Assembly: GCA_965207365.1 (NCBI GenBank)
Contig: OZ242281.1
Coordinates: forward strand, 500,362-564,361
DNA length: 64,000 nucleotides
DNA from: Dehalococcoidia bacterium
GTDB taxonomy: Bacteria > Chloroflexota > Dehalococcoidia > Bin125
Direction: 5' to 3'
This document shows, piece after piece, positions 46,711 to 57,295 of this stretch. Every line of letters begins with the position of its first letter. The stretch's first letter is position 1. A program made the position numbers and the translations under genes. The notes beneath the pieces are model-generated. The model was not told the DNA's origin and searched no databases. It was given only the letters and a program-made list of their open reading frames with translations.

Positions 46711-47832
46711 ATGGCTCGCGACATGAGTGTCGATACAGATGCAACAACGGTCCGGCCGCCGGCCTTTGGCAGTGAGGGCAACCTGCGCCAACAGGCGCGC
46801 GCGGCGGGCATGAACCCGGACTACTGGTACGCCGTCGAGGAAGTGCGGAACGTCAAGCCGGGCGCGGTGACCGAAGTAGTGTTCTGGAAGCAATCAATCG
46901 CGCTCTACCGGTCGGAGGACGGCTCATTTCACGCGATTGAGAATCGTTGCCTGCACCGCCAGGTCAAACTCTCGCTAGGCGAGGTCGAAGGTTGCCAACT
47001 CGTCTGTGGCTACCACGGCTGGCAGTACGACGAAGACGGCAAGGTCGCTGACATTCCCGACCTGTTCGGTCGCAACCAGGTACCGAAGCTCTCTGTGCGG
47101 TCCTATCCGGTGCAAGTCCGCTACGGACTGGTCTGGATCTTCCCAGGAGATCCAGCACTATCGGAGGAGCGCCAGATCCCGGAAATCCCCGAGCTCGAAG
47201 GGTCCGGGCGATGGGCCTGTGTACCCCTGACGTTCGACCTTGCGGCACACCACTCGATCATCATCGACAACGTGAGCGATTTCTCTCACGCCTACCTGCA
47301 TCGTCAATATCGACCGTTCGACGGCGCCACGCTAACGCGGCATGAGACGATCGGCGACGACGTGCACTTGGCCTACGAGACCCGTGTCGGGCGCGGACGC
47401 ATCTCTGGATTGTTCGTCGATCACGATCGCCTCAACACGAATCACATGGAGCTCTGCTTCGAGTATCCCTACCAGCGATCAAACACAGATGACGAAATCA
47501 AACACTGGCTCTTCGTCCTACCCATCGATGAGCGGAGGACGCGAACGTTCTTCCTCTTCTACTTCAGGTCGCTCAAAATCCCCATGCTTCCGGTTCGCAT
47601 TCCTCGTTGGGCCATGACCACCGTCCTGCGCCTGGCCAATCGCATGTTGATCGGCCCACTGCTCTCACAGGACCGCTGGGCGGTGGAGGCTGAGCAAACG
47701 GGTTACGAGACGAACTGGGATGCCGCTCCCATCGAGGTCAATCCGGTCGTTCGCTCGTTCCAGCAGGTGACAGTCCGCAAGTGGCAGGAGCACCTGGACC
47801 GCGAAACCGCCACAAGCGCGAACGATGCCTGA
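46711..47832 (+). CDS. Rieske [2Fe-2S] non-heme iron oxygenase (SdmA-like sterol C-4 methyl oxidase candidate)
   Basis: CLHR...CGYHGW Rieske motif and a DNVSDFSHAYLH mononuclear-iron motif. 373 aa. Confidence 0.75.
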   Translation: MARDMSVDTDATTVRPPAFGSEGNLRQQARAAGMNPDYWYAVEEVRNVKPGAVTEVVFWKQSIALYRSEDGSFHAIENRCLHRQVKLSLGEVEGCQLVCGYHGWQYDEDGKVADIPDLFGRNQVPKLSVRSYPVQVRYGLVWIFPGDPALSEERQIPEIPELEGSGRWACVPLTFDLAAHHSIIIDNVSDFSHAYLHRQYRPFDGATLTRHETIGDDVHLAYETRVGRGRISGLFVDHDRLNTNHMELCFEYPYQRSNTDDEIKHWLFVLPIDERRTRTFFLFYFRSLKIPMLPVRIPRWAMTTVLRLANRMLIGPLLSQDRWAVEAEQTGYETNWDAAPIEVNPVVRSFQQVTVRKWQEHLDRETATSANDA

Positions 47833-48922
47833 TATCCCCTCGGAGTGGACGGCCGTATCAGGCCAGCGCCTGCTCGAGGCAGCGGGGATATTCCTGCTGT
47901 TCGTCGGAGTTCTGCTGCTCGGTTCAAAATATGTACCGGGCCGCAAGGCGGTAGGCAGGCCTGATCCTGACGGCGTGACGCGCACTTACAACCTCAACGG
48001 GCTGGCGCTGTTCTTGTTCGTCATGCTGCTGGCCGTGCTCGGCGATGTCTTCGACGTCATCTCACTCTCGGTGCTGCACACACACTTTGCCGAGCTGTTC
48101 ATCGTGGCCAACGTCTTCGCCTGTCTACTCTCAGCCGGGTTGTATTGGCAAGGGTCGCGTCTCCGAAGCGAATCGCCCGGTCTGCTGCGCGGGTTCTTTT
48201 TCGGCCGCCAGCTCAATCCATCCTGGCTTGGGGTCGACCTGAAGCTGTTTAGCTACCGACCATCCCTCATTTCGCTGGCATTGTTCAATGTGTCGTTTGC
48301 CGCAGTCCAGTACGACACGCACGGTGAGTTCACGCTACAGATGCTCTTGTACCAGGCGTTCACGTTCATATACGTCCTGAACTACTTTCAGTTTGAGCAT
48401 GGCATGATCTTCACCTGGGACATCGTCGCTGAGCGCTTTGGCTGGATGTTGATCTGGGGAGACTATGTCCTGGTGCCGTTCTTCTATTGCCTGGCAGGAT
48501 GGTGGTTGTTGGATACCACGGACTCGATACCGATCTGGGCGGCGCTATTGATCTGCTTGCTGTTTGTCGTGGGATTCTGCATGTTCCGCGGCGCCAACGA
48601 ACAGAAGCACCGGTTCAAGCAGAATGCGGAGAGTTCTATCTGGGGACGGCCGGCCGAGACACTTGACGGGCGACTGCTGGTGTCCGGCTTCTGGGGTGTA
48701 GGCCGACATCTGAATTACTCCGGCGAGATTTGCGTGTACGTTGCATTTGCGCTGACGACCGCGTTCGCGTCCTGGATCCCGTTTGCATTGCCGGTCTGGC
48801 TGACGGCGCTGTTGTGGCATCGTGCGTGGCGCGACGACCGTCGCTGCCGAACCAAGTACGGCGAACTCTGGGAGCGCTACACGCAGCGGGTACCATACGC
48901 ATTGATCCCGCGCGTCTACTAG
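47825..48922 (+). CDS. sterol reductase, ERG4/ERG24 family (C-14 reductase candidate)
   Basis: C-terminal LLVSGFWGVGRHLNYSGEI...RAWRDDRRCRTKYGELWERYTQRVPYALIPRVY is the family hallmark. It overlaps the upstream gene by 8 bp. Confidence 0.8.
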   Translation: MPDIPSEWTAVSGQRLLEAAGIFLLFVGVLLLGSKYVPGRKAVGRPDPDGVTRTYNLNGLALFLFVMLLAVLGDVFDVISLSVLHTHFAELFIVANVFACLLSAGLYWQGSRLRSESPGLLRGFFFGRQLNPSWLGVDLKLFSYRPSLISLALFNVSFAAVQYDTHGEFTLQMLLYQAFTFIYVLNYFQFEHGMIFTWDIVAERFGWMLIWGDYVLVPFFYCLAGWWLLDTTDSIPIWAALLICLLFVVGFCMFRGANEQKHRFKQNAESSIWGRPAETLDGRLLVSGFWGVGRHLNYSGEICVYVAFALTTAFASWIPFALPVWLTALLWHRAWRDDRRCRTKYGELWERYTQRVPYALIPRVY

Positions 48923-48954
48923 AGTCGGCGCTTCAGGGTCTGTTGAGGTCAGAG

Positions 48955-50343
48955 ATGGTTCAACTGCGCAGCGCTCCGACGGCTCCACAAGATGAACGGG
49001 CACTTCCGGAGCTGAGTGGCGGGGCGCCGCTGATTGGTCACCTGCGGGACTTTCAACGCGACCCGGTGGCCATGATCAGCCGCGGTTGGGATCAGTTGGG
49101 CGAACTGTTCCGATTCCGACTTGGTCCCCGCCAGTTTGTGCTCTTCTGCGGACCCGAGGCGCATGACGCCTTCTTCAGCGCACCCGAGGACCAACTGAAC
49201 GCCAAGGAGGTCTATCAGTTCACCGTTCCAATCTTCGGTCGTGGCGTGGCCTACGATGTCGCGCCCTCGATCATGGACGAGCAGCTCGGCTTTCTCTATC
49301 CAGCACTCCGGGAATCCGCGATGCAAGAGTTCGCCCGGATCATGTACGAGGAAACGGCGCTCCTCGCCGATTCCCTCGGCGAGGAAGGCGTGCTCGATCT
49401 GCCGGAAGCGATGAACGAACTGACCGTGAATATCGCCAGTCGCAGTCTGATCGGACAGGAAGTCCGCGATCAGGTGGACGCGGGCTTCGCCGATGCCTAT
49501 CACGACCTGCAGAAAGGCATCAACACCCTGGGTTTCTTTCTGCCCCGGCTTCCCACTCCCGCGCATCGCAGCCGCGACCGGGCACGTAAACAGGTAGCCG
49601 AAATCTTTGGCCGGATTATGTCGGCCCGTCGTCGTGCCGATGCACGCCCTGACGACTTCATGCAAACGCTCATGGACGCGACCTACAGCGATGGCCGCTC
49701 GTTGAGTGATGACGAGATCACGGGAATCCTCTTGACCGTGTTGTTCGCCGGTCAGCACACCAGCGCAGTGCTCGCCACCTGGACCGGCCTGGAACTCGTC
49801 AAAGCTTCCTCGTACGCGGAACGTGTCAGAGATGAAACGGCCGCCGTGTACGGCGATACCGGGAACATGAGCCTTGAGGGCCTGAGACAACAGGTGACCA
49901 TGGAGCATGCCGTACGCGAGGGGGAACGTCTCCACCCGCCGCTGATCATCCTGATCCGCAAGGTGCTCAAGCCGATGCGCTACGGAGACTACGTGGTGCC
50001 TGAAGGTGCGCTAGCGATGGTCTCGCCGGCGGTTTCTCACCGGTTGCCGCATCTGTTCGCCAACCCGGACCAATTCGACCCGGACCGCTACGCTGAACCC
50101 GCTCGCGAGGACAAACAGCATCCCTACGCCTTGATCGGCTTCGGCGGAGGCAAGCATCGCTGTATGGGCAAGCACTTTGCCGAGATGCAGGTCAAAGCCA
50201 TCTGGACCGTGCTGCTCGATCGCTTCGACTTCAGTCCCGACACTGAGTTTCCGACCCCCAACTACGGCAGTTGGGTCACTGGTCCCGTGACACCCTGCCG
50301 CATCCGATACCGGCGCCGCTCGTCAGGCAGAGTCTTCCGGTGA
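48955..50343 (+). CDS. cyp51: cytochrome P450 CYP51 (sterol 14-alpha-demethylase)
   Basis: FGGGKHRCMG heme-binding loop and the AGQHTS helix-I signature typical of CYP51. The start was chosen at ATG 48955. Confidence 0.8.
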   Translation: MVQLRSAPTAPQDERALPELSGGAPLIGHLRDFQRDPVAMISRGWDQLGELFRFRLGPRQFVLFCGPEAHDAFFSAPEDQLNAKEVYQFTVPIFGRGVAYDVAPSIMDEQLGFLYPALRESAMQEFARIMYEETALLADSLGEEGVLDLPEAMNELTVNIASRSLIGQEVRDQVDAGFADAYHDLQKGINTLGFFLPRLPTPAHRSRDRARKQVAEIFGRIMSARRRADARPDDFMQTLMDATYSDGRSLSDDEITGILLTVLFAGQHTSAVLATWTGLELVKASSYAERVRDETAAVYGDTGNMSLEGLRQQVTMEHAVREGERLHPPLIILIRKVLKPMRYGDYVVPEGALAMVSPAVSHRLPHLFANPDQFDPDRYAEPAREDKQHPYALIGFGGGKHRCMGKHFAEMQVKAIWTVLLDRFDFSPDTEFPTPNYGSWVTGPVTPCRIRYRRRSSGRVFR

Positions 50344-53300
50344 CTGAGACCGGCTTGAGCCGATACGACGTGGCGATCGTCGGCGCCGGACCTGTCGGCA
50401 GCCTGTGCGCGATTGCTCACGCACGCAAGGGTTATCGAGTCGCGCTCTTTGAGGCGAATCCGTCCGCGTCTGAACGACTGGCCGGTGAGTGGCTGCATCC
50501 TCCAGCCGCACGAATCCTGCGTGATTTCGGGATATCGGTTCATGCCGAAGCTCGGGACGGCTCGGGCAAAGGCTTCGCGGTGTTCCCGGATGACGGCCAC
50601 GAGCCAATCGTGCTTCCCTACTCGGACGGATCGCGCGGGTTGGTGTGTGAACACGCGACGCTGGTCACACGCCTACGCGAGACGGCGGACGCGGAGCACG
50701 GTGTCGACCTCAGACTTCACGCCCGCGTACACACCGTCGAAGACGAGCGGATGACGTACTCGCAGGACGGCGCAAGCCACACCGTTGTCGCAGAGCGGAT
50801 CGTCGGCGCCGACGGCCGATCGTCTGTGGTCCGTCGTTCCTTGGGCCTGGCAACAAGATCGAAAACTGCTTCGCGCATGATTGCGCTCACGTTGGAGGGC
50901 GCCCGGCTGCCGCTGGAGGGCTACGGGCACGTCGTGTGTGGCGCTCCGGGCCCGATGCTGATCTATCGCCTGAGCGACGATCTCGTCCGGGCCGTCATTG
51001 ACATCCCACTGGACCATGCGCCTCAAGACTGGAAGGGCCTCCTGTCGGACTCGTATGCCCGCTGGTTGCCGGAACCGCTCCGGGCGCCGTTCGTCGAGGC
51101 GTGGTCGGAAGACCGTGTACACGCCGCCGCCAATGCCGTCAGCCCACGGGTCACCTACGGCACCTCTCGTCGAGTGCTGATTGGCGATGCGGCGGGACAC
51201 TACCACCCCTTGACCGCCACGGGACTCACGCTGGGCTTTGGCGACGCCATCGCACTGGCGGAGAGCGAACAGTTCGAAGACTTTCGGAACGAGCGATTCG
51301 AGGCGACGAGAGTTCCGGAACTGCTGGCGATGGGACTCTACGAGGCGTTTGCCGATCAGCGGGCCGAAGCGGCCGTGCTGCGGCAGGCGATGTTTGGTCG
51401 CTGGAGGACCAGTGCAGCGGTACGTAACCACACCGTGCGGCTGCTTGCCTGTGAAGATACCTCGGTGGCCAGGCTGAGTCGGGAGTTCTCGATGACGGTG
51501 GCCTGGGCGCTAAAGGCCGCTGTCCCGAGATCGCTCGACCCTCTAGCCTGGAGCCGCTTCGGCGAGGTCGCTCGCGGACTGAGCAACCGGATGGGCTGGC
51601 TCCTGCGAGGCGCCTGGAATCTGCACAGCGTCAGACGATCCGGCAAAGCCGGACCCGAACGGCCCACCGAGACGCTGTCCCGCGCATTTCTGACCTCCAT
51701 GCCATCGGCGCCGTCCATGCCATCGGCGCCAACAGGGCGGCCACGAGACGGCGACCTGCGTCAGGCCGATGCCCTGTCGCCCGATGCCGTGCCACCTGAT
51801 GCTGGTCCGGCGATCCAGGACGCCGCCGCGCGTCTGTTGGACCTCCAGGCCGAGGATGGCAGTTGGGAAGGCGAGATGGTCTGGTGCCCAATGATCACGG
51901 CGCAGTGGGTACTGCTGCAACACATCATTGGACGGCCCATCGATCCCAAGCGACGCGAGCAGATCCTGCGTTACTTCGAGCAGTCCCGGTTGCCGGAGGG
52001 ATCGTGGGGCTTGCACGACCACTCACATCCCTATGTGTTTGTCACCGCCCTGGTCTACGTGGCGTCACGACTGCTCAGCGTTGAGCGGGACGATCCGCTG
52101 GTCGAGCCGGCGCGACGATTCCTCCAGCAGGAAGGCACTCTGAGCATCCCAAGCTGGGGCAAGTTCTGGCTGGCGCTGCTCAATCTCTACGAGTGGAGTG
52201 GAATCCATCCCGTGCTCCCCGAGCTCTGGAGCCTACCCCGCCAACTGCCATTGCATCCCTCGAACTGGTATTGCCACACTCGGCTGATCTACATGGCCAT
52301 GGCCGCGATCTACCCGCGTCGGTTCCAGACGCCTGTCACACCACTGATCGAGTCTTTGCGGGAAGAATTGTTCCCCCAGGGGTTTGAAACCATCGACTTT
52401 CCAGCGCAACGCAACCACCTGCGCCAGGCCGACCTCTTCGCCAAGCCGACAGCATTGCTGAGAGCGGGGTACCGGGGCGCGGAGCTGCTGGAGCGATTCC
52501 ATAGCAAAGGCCTACGCGCCAGGTCGATGGATGAGCTGATCGGTCAGATCAAGTGGGAACTGAACACGACTGATCACACGAGCATCTCTCCGGTCAGCGG
52601 CCTGCTCAACATCCTCGCCTTGTGGCTGCACGATCCCGACGACGGCGACTGCAACCGAGCGCTGGAGCAGGTCAACCAATGGTTCTGGGAAGACGAGGAG
52701 CATGGCGCCCGCATGACCGGCGCCAGAAGCGCCTCGTGGGACACCGGTTTCGCGCTGCAGGCGCTGTCGACGGCGCCTCAGATTGGCGACTTGCCCGACG
52801 CGTTACAGCGCGGGACTACTTACCTGCGCCAGCAGCAGGTCGGTACCAGCGTTCCGGGCTATCGCGAGGCGTATCGGAACGACCCGAAGGGCGGTTGGTG
52901 TTTCGCGGCGCAATGGCACGGTTGGCCGGTGACGGACTGCACGGCGGAAGCCGTGCTGGGGATTCTGGCAGCCGATCCCACATCGATCAGCGCGACGGCA
53001 CTCCGCGATGCGATTGGCTTCATGCTGCGTGGCCAGAATCGCGATGGCGGATTCGGCAGCTACGAGGCGCAGCGCTCCAGGATCGAACTCGAGCGAGTCA
53101 ATCCCGCCGAGATGTTCGGCGAATCAATGACCGAGCACTCATTTGTCGAATGCACGGCATCCTGCCTGGCCGCACTCGTCGCTTGCCGGACGCACTTCCC
53201 GGAGATCATCGATCGGGACACGGAACGCGCCATCTTGCAAGCGGACGCCTGCCTCCGCCGGACTCAGCACAGCGACGGCTCCTGGCGCGGAGTGTGGGGT

Positions 53301-53729
53301 GTGCAGTTCATCTACGGCACGTTCTTCGGGATCAAAGGCCTGGTCGCCAATGGAGCGCAGCCGAATGATCCGGCGCTCAACGCGGCATGCAGATGGCTAT
53401 TGGATCGCCAAAAGGACGACGGAGGATGGGGCGAGCATCACAGCGGTTGCATGACCGGCCAGTACGTCCAACACGAGGAGAGTCAGGTGATCCAGACCGC
53501 CTGGGCGTTAATCGCCTTGCTGGAGGCAGGCGCGTCGGACTGGCAGGCCATTGCGCGTGGCGCTCAGTTCCTGATCGACCGGCAGTGCCCGGATGGGACC
53601 TGGCCCAAACAAGACATGGCCGGGGTCTTTTTCCGCACCGCACTGCTGGATTACGTCCTCTACCGCCAGTACTTCCCGTTGCACGCCCTCGGCTTGTACG
53701 AAGAGCGGCGCAAGACCCGCAGCGTCTGA
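50340..53729 (+). CDS. fused squalene monooxygenase (epoxidase) - oxidosqualene cyclase
   Basis: The N-half has a DVAIVGAGPVGS FAD fold and GDAAGHYHPLTATGLTLG (SQMO motif). A linker carries a tandem MPSAPS repeat. The C-half has the VTDCTAEAV (DCTAE) catalytic motif and QW repeats (GGWGEH, DGSWRGVWG). GTG start at 50340 overlaps the CYP51 stop. Confidence 0.85.
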   Translation: MTETGLSRYDVAIVGAGPVGSLCAIAHARKGYRVALFEANPSASERLAGEWLHPPAARILRDFGISVHAEARDGSGKGFAVFPDDGHEPIVLPYSDGSRGLVCEHATLVTRLRETADAEHGVDLRLHARVHTVEDERMTYSQDGASHTVVAERIVGADGRSSVVRRSLGLATRSKTASRMIALTLEGARLPLEGYGHVVCGAPGPMLIYRLSDDLVRAVIDIPLDHAPQDWKGLLSDSYARWLPEPLRAPFVEAWSEDRVHAAANAVSPRVTYGTSRRVLIGDAAGHYHPLTATGLTLGFGDAIALAESEQFEDFRNERFEATRVPELLAMGLYEAFADQRAEAAVLRQAMFGRWRTSAAVRNHTVRLLACEDTSVARLSREFSMTVAWALKAAVPRSLDPLAWSRFGEVARGLSNRMGWLLRGAWNLHSVRRSGKAGPERPTETLSRAFLTSMPSAPSMPSAPTGRPRDGDLRQADALSPDAVPPDAGPAIQDAAARLLDLQAEDGSWEGEMVWCPMITAQWVLLQHIIGRPIDPKRREQILRYFEQSRLPEGSWGLHDHSHPYVFVTALVYVASRLLSVERDDPLVEPARRFLQQEGTLSIPSWGKFWLALLNLYEWSGIHPVLPELWSLPRQLPLHPSNWYCHTRLIYMAMAAIYPRRFQTPVTPLIESLREELFPQGFETIDFPAQRNHLRQADLFAKPTALLRAGYRGAELLERFHSKGLRARSMDELIGQIKWELNTTDHTSISPVSGLLNILALWLHDPDDGDCNRALEQVNQWFWEDEEHGARMTGARSASWDTGFALQALSTAPQIGDLPDALQRGTTYLRQQQVGTSVPGYREAYRNDPKGGWCFAAQWHGWPVTDCTAEAVLGILAADPTSISATALRDAIGFMLRGQNRDGGFGSYEAQRSRIELERVNPAEMFGESMTEHSFVECTASCLAALVACRTHFPEIIDRDTERAILQADACLRRTQHSDGSWRGVWGVQFIYGTFFGIKGLVANGAQPNDPALNAACRWLLDRQKDDGGWGEHHSGCMTGQYVQHEESQVIQTAWALIALLEAGASDWQAIARGAQFLIDRQCPDGTWPKQDMAGVFFRTALLDYVLYRQYFPLHALGLYEERRKTRSV

Positions 53730-53759
53730 CCCTGTCCGCAATGTTCCTCGCCGCGTGGC

Positions 53760-54791
53760 TCAGTTCTCGGTCTGTTCGGGCTTTCGGGCCAGGTAGTAGA
53801 ACATCGGCGTAAACACGCCGGCCTCCCCGCCCTCGACCAGCGCATCCGCGCCCGCATTCAACACGCTGCTGATCTCCCGAGCGCCCTCAGGAACGATCCG
53901 CAGCTTCTCTCCGACTCGCAACGTCAGATTGGTCAAGGCTCGGCCAATCGGCGTTCGTGGCAAACTCGCCAAGCTCAGATCACGGCCCTGCAAGGGGCGA
54001 TACCAGGGGGTCTCCGAATCCGATTCGGGGGCGAGGTCGCGAGCTTCCACGACCTCGAACCCTGCTGCAACCAGCGCCGAACTGATCTCCGATGTGTGCG
54101 CAATATCCGGAAGTCCGTTGCCCTTCATGACGTCCTGCTTGATGCGCACGTGTTCGGCGTTCTCGGGATCGTAAGAATCCGTGAGACACCATTCGAAGCC
54201 GGCAAACTCGCCGCCCGGACGCAGCACGCGGAAGATCTCCCGGAACACTGCGGTCTTGTCGGGCGCGTGCGGTGTGGCTTCGATGTTGATCGCAGCGTCA
54301 AACTGGTCGTCAGCTTCAGGAATGTCCATGTAGTCGCCGTGAATGAATCGGCACTGCGACTGCAAATCCCTCGTGTGGTGTTTGGCGCGATCGATCTGGT
54401 ACGCGTTCAGATTGATTCCAACAAAGTTCGCTCCAGTGCGGCGGGCCAAATTGGCCATCGGTCCGCCGACCCCACAGCCAACATCCAGCACCTGCATGCC
54501 CGAGTTCATGGCTAACTGTTGGGCGAGAAAGTGCTCGTGCCGCAGCATCGATTCGTTGAAACTCTCGCCGCGGCGTCGGGGCGCAAAGTGAAATGACCGA
54601 CCCCAACCGAACTCGTAGAAATCAGTCGCAAGGTTGTAGTAGTGATTGACGACCGCGTGATAGCGATCTTTGCGTTGTTCGAGGCTCCCATCGAACAGCC
54701 CCGAATAGTCCTCAACCGCAGGCTTGATCTCCTCAGGATCCAGGTCGCCAACAGAGCGACCACTCGACCGCTTGGCAAACAGACGGCTCAT
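53760..54791 (-). CDS. sterol 24-C-methyltransferase (ERG6/SMT family)
   Basis: YEFGWGRSFHFA (SMT region I) and LDVGCGVGGP SAM motif. 343 aa. Confidence 0.8.
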   Translation of the reverse strand: MSRLFAKRSSGRSVGDLDPEEIKPAVEDYSGLFDGSLEQRKDRYHAVVNHYYNLATDFYEFGWGRSFHFAPRRRGESFNESMLRHEHFLAQQLAMNSGMQVLDVGCGVGGPMANLARRTGANFVGINLNAYQIDRAKHHTRDLQSQCRFIHGDYMDIPEADDQFDAAINIEATPHAPDKTAVFREIFRVLRPGGEFAGFEWCLTDSYDPENAEHVRIKQDVMKGNGLPDIAHTSEISSALVAAGFEVVEARDLAPESDSETPWYRPLQGRDLSLASLPRTPIGRALTNLTLRVGEKLRIVPEGAREISSVLNAGADALVEGGEAGVFTPMFYYLARKPEQTEN

Positions 54792-55141
54792 GGCCTCTCT
54801 CCTACGGCGCGGCCTGGAGCGCCATCGAAACCAGGAAAATGCCAGTTCCGTCGAGATTTGCGCGCCACCTCAAACTCCCTCATTGCTTTACAAAGACCCT
54901 GGAGTCGACTGGATCGCAACCATGTTAGGCCCTGTGCGCATCGCGTCGACGTTCTGGTAGACCAGCGATGGCAAGCATCGCGACCTCCCCGAGACAACCG
55001 ATCAGGCACGTTCCGCGCAGATGTTGCTCACCAGAAGCTAGGGTCTGGTCACATGGGGAAGCGAACATCCGTGTGGGTGGTTGAGGGCATTGTCGATGGG
55101 GAGTGGGACCCCCACAGCCGTCGGCAGCTCCCCCTGTTAGA

Positions 55142-55340
55142 GAACGATGCATAACTCCCCTTCTCCCCCTTGCGGGGGAGATGCCGAAGGCAGAGGGGGG
55201 TGCCCTGTTTGCTCGCCTATCTGGTCAGCATCGGCCGCCCCCCCTTCTGTCACTCCGTGACATCTCCCCCCGCAGGGGGGGGAGAGGAGAATTGCGGGTT
55301 ATGCATCGGTCTCTGTTAGGGGGAGCGGGGAATGCTGGCG
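55142..55340. repeat. MITE-like palindromic repeat (family A, full copy with gatgcataactcc / ggttatgcatcggtct termini)
   Basis: Highly similar to 34725-34925 and 61007-61205. Confidence 0.75.
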
Positions 55341-55378
55341 CGCCAAGCATGGGTTGTTGGCATCGATGTGAACACGCC

Positions 55379-56468
55379 CTAGGCGACCGATCGCTTGGCG
55401 ATCACCTCTCGGCCGAAGTCGGCGACCAAATCGCGCGCGCCGGCGGCGTTCGTACAGGCAATGGCGACGTTGTCAATGCCGTCCGCTTCCATCTGCTCGA
55501 GCCGTTCGATGATCTGCGCCGGTGTGCCGGTCAGCGTCTGGCCAATCGAGGTCTCGCTGATGAACTGTTCCTCTCCCGGCTTGAGAAAGACCATGTGGCC
55601 CGTATGCACGTCCAGATACCGCCGATCTGGCTGACTGCCACGTGCGTCGCCGTACTCCACGATGTAGCGATGGAACGCAGCAGCAGCGTCGGGATCCTCG
55701 ATCCCCAGGTTCGCTCCCGGCCCATAGTGAGACTCCCACATCGCATGCAGACCCGGTAGCGCGTTCGGGCCCACCCGCTCGACCACACGCGGGGACATGA
55801 GCGACTCGCCGCCGCGCAGCACACAGCCACTGGTCAAGCCGACCGTGTACGGCTTGTCGGTCGACCGCCCGGCGGCGGCAGCGGCGACGCGTATCGTTTC
55901 GAAGCCCGTCTCGAGGTCGCGTGTGAGTGCGCCGGTCACCCAGCCGTCGGCGAGTTCGCCCGTCGCTGCCAGCGCCCTCGGACCATTCGCGGCGAGATAG
56001 ATCGGGATGTCGTCCTCGATATTGATGAAATCTCCACGATCCGGATGCAGCAACCGAATCCAACGCTCTCGCGTGCCTTCGCGAATCAGCACTTCCTCGC
56101 CCTGCAGCAGGCCGCGGACTTGCTGCGTGTACTCGCGGAACTCCGCGGCCGGCACGGCTGGCAGACCCATGGTGTTGCGACCGGTGTAGCCCGTGCCCAG
56201 ACCCAGAATGACCCGTCCGGGCGCCAGGTAGTTGATCGTGGCGATGGCGGAAGCTGTCACCGCCGGGATGCGGTTGCTCGGGATCGCCACCAGGGTGCCC
56301 AGCTTGATCCGGCTGGTGTGCTCCGCCGCCAAAGCCATGGTGGCGTAGACATCGCTGTAGATCAGTTGCGAATCAAAGAACCAGGCGTGCGTGAAGCCCG
56401 CCGCTTCAGCCGCGGCCGCGTCGCGCCACGCATCGATGTATGAGGGAAAGGCAATGCCGTAGTCCATG
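55379..56468 (-). CDS. LLM-class (luciferase-like) flavin/F420-dependent oxidoreductase
   Basis: The start was chosen at the internal Met (MDYGIAFPSY) of ORF 55379..56590. TIM-barrel LLM pattern (WFFDSQL, GLGTGYTG). Confidence 0.7.
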
Positions 56469-56639
56469 GAGCCTCCTGAAGTCGGATCGATTTCGCAAGG
56501 AAGATAGACGACCACAATCTCCCCCCCCCACCTCCCGCGACTGGGTGCCATCGACGCTGTTTCATTTCGTCGGAGCCCGGCCGCTTGCAACGCAAACCAG
56601 GCTCAACCGATGCCATACTGCATCCAAAGGGAACTCAGG

Positions 56640-57155
56640 ATGCGCATCGACATCGGAACCTGTCAGATTCGCCCCTACCGGCAGGACGATGCCCGCTCGA
56701 TGGCTGCGGCGGCCAACAACCGCAACATCTGGCGGAACATGCAGGACGGATTTCCGCATCCCTTCACCCTGGCCGACGCCCAGGCCCGGATCGCACTGAC
56801 GGTGAATCAGGTTCCGCAGCAGACCTTCGCGATCGCTTCCCGGGAGCAGGTCATCGGCGGCATCGGCCTGGAACTCCGCCAGGATGTGTTCCGTCGCTCG
56901 GCCGAGATTGGCTATTGGCTAGGTGAGTCGCATTGGGGCCAGGGCATCGCGACCGCCGCAGTCCGAGCGTTGACGAAGTTCGCCTTCGAGCAGTTCGATC
57001 TGGTCAGGATCGACGCCAGCGTGTTCGAGTGGAATCCGGCATCATGCCGCGTCCTCGAGAAGGCTGGCTACGTGCAGGAGGCGCGCTTGCGCCAGGCCGT
57101 CTACAAGGACGGTGAGACCATCGACCGCCTGATCTACGCCAGGCTGCGCGCCTAG
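56640..57155 (+). CDS. GNAT-family N-acetyltransferase
   Basis: Acetyl-CoA binding motif region (WGQGIATAAVRAL). About 171 aa from ATG 56640. Confidence 0.7.
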   Translation: MRIDIGTCQIRPYRQDDARSMAAAANNRNIWRNMQDGFPHPFTLADAQARIALTVNQVPQQTFAIASREQVIGGIGLELRQDVFRRSAEIGYWLGESHWGQGIATAAVRALTKFAFEQFDLVRIDASVFEWNPASCRVLEKAGYVQEARLRQAVYKDGETIDRLIYARLRA

Positions 57156-57295
57156 CCTGTTCGGATGGGGAGTGAGACACCGGACGAGTGTTACACAGCA
57201 TGGCTGGTGGGGAGCGCGACCCCCTTCAGCCTCAGTCAGCTCCCACTGCAATACATCGATGCCTAACCTGGAATCCGCCCCCGCCTCCGAGGAGA

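Noticed and set aside
50673-51431. Minus-strand ORF inside the SQMO domain
   Set aside because: Antisense shadow ORF. The plus-strand frame has clear SQMO motifs.
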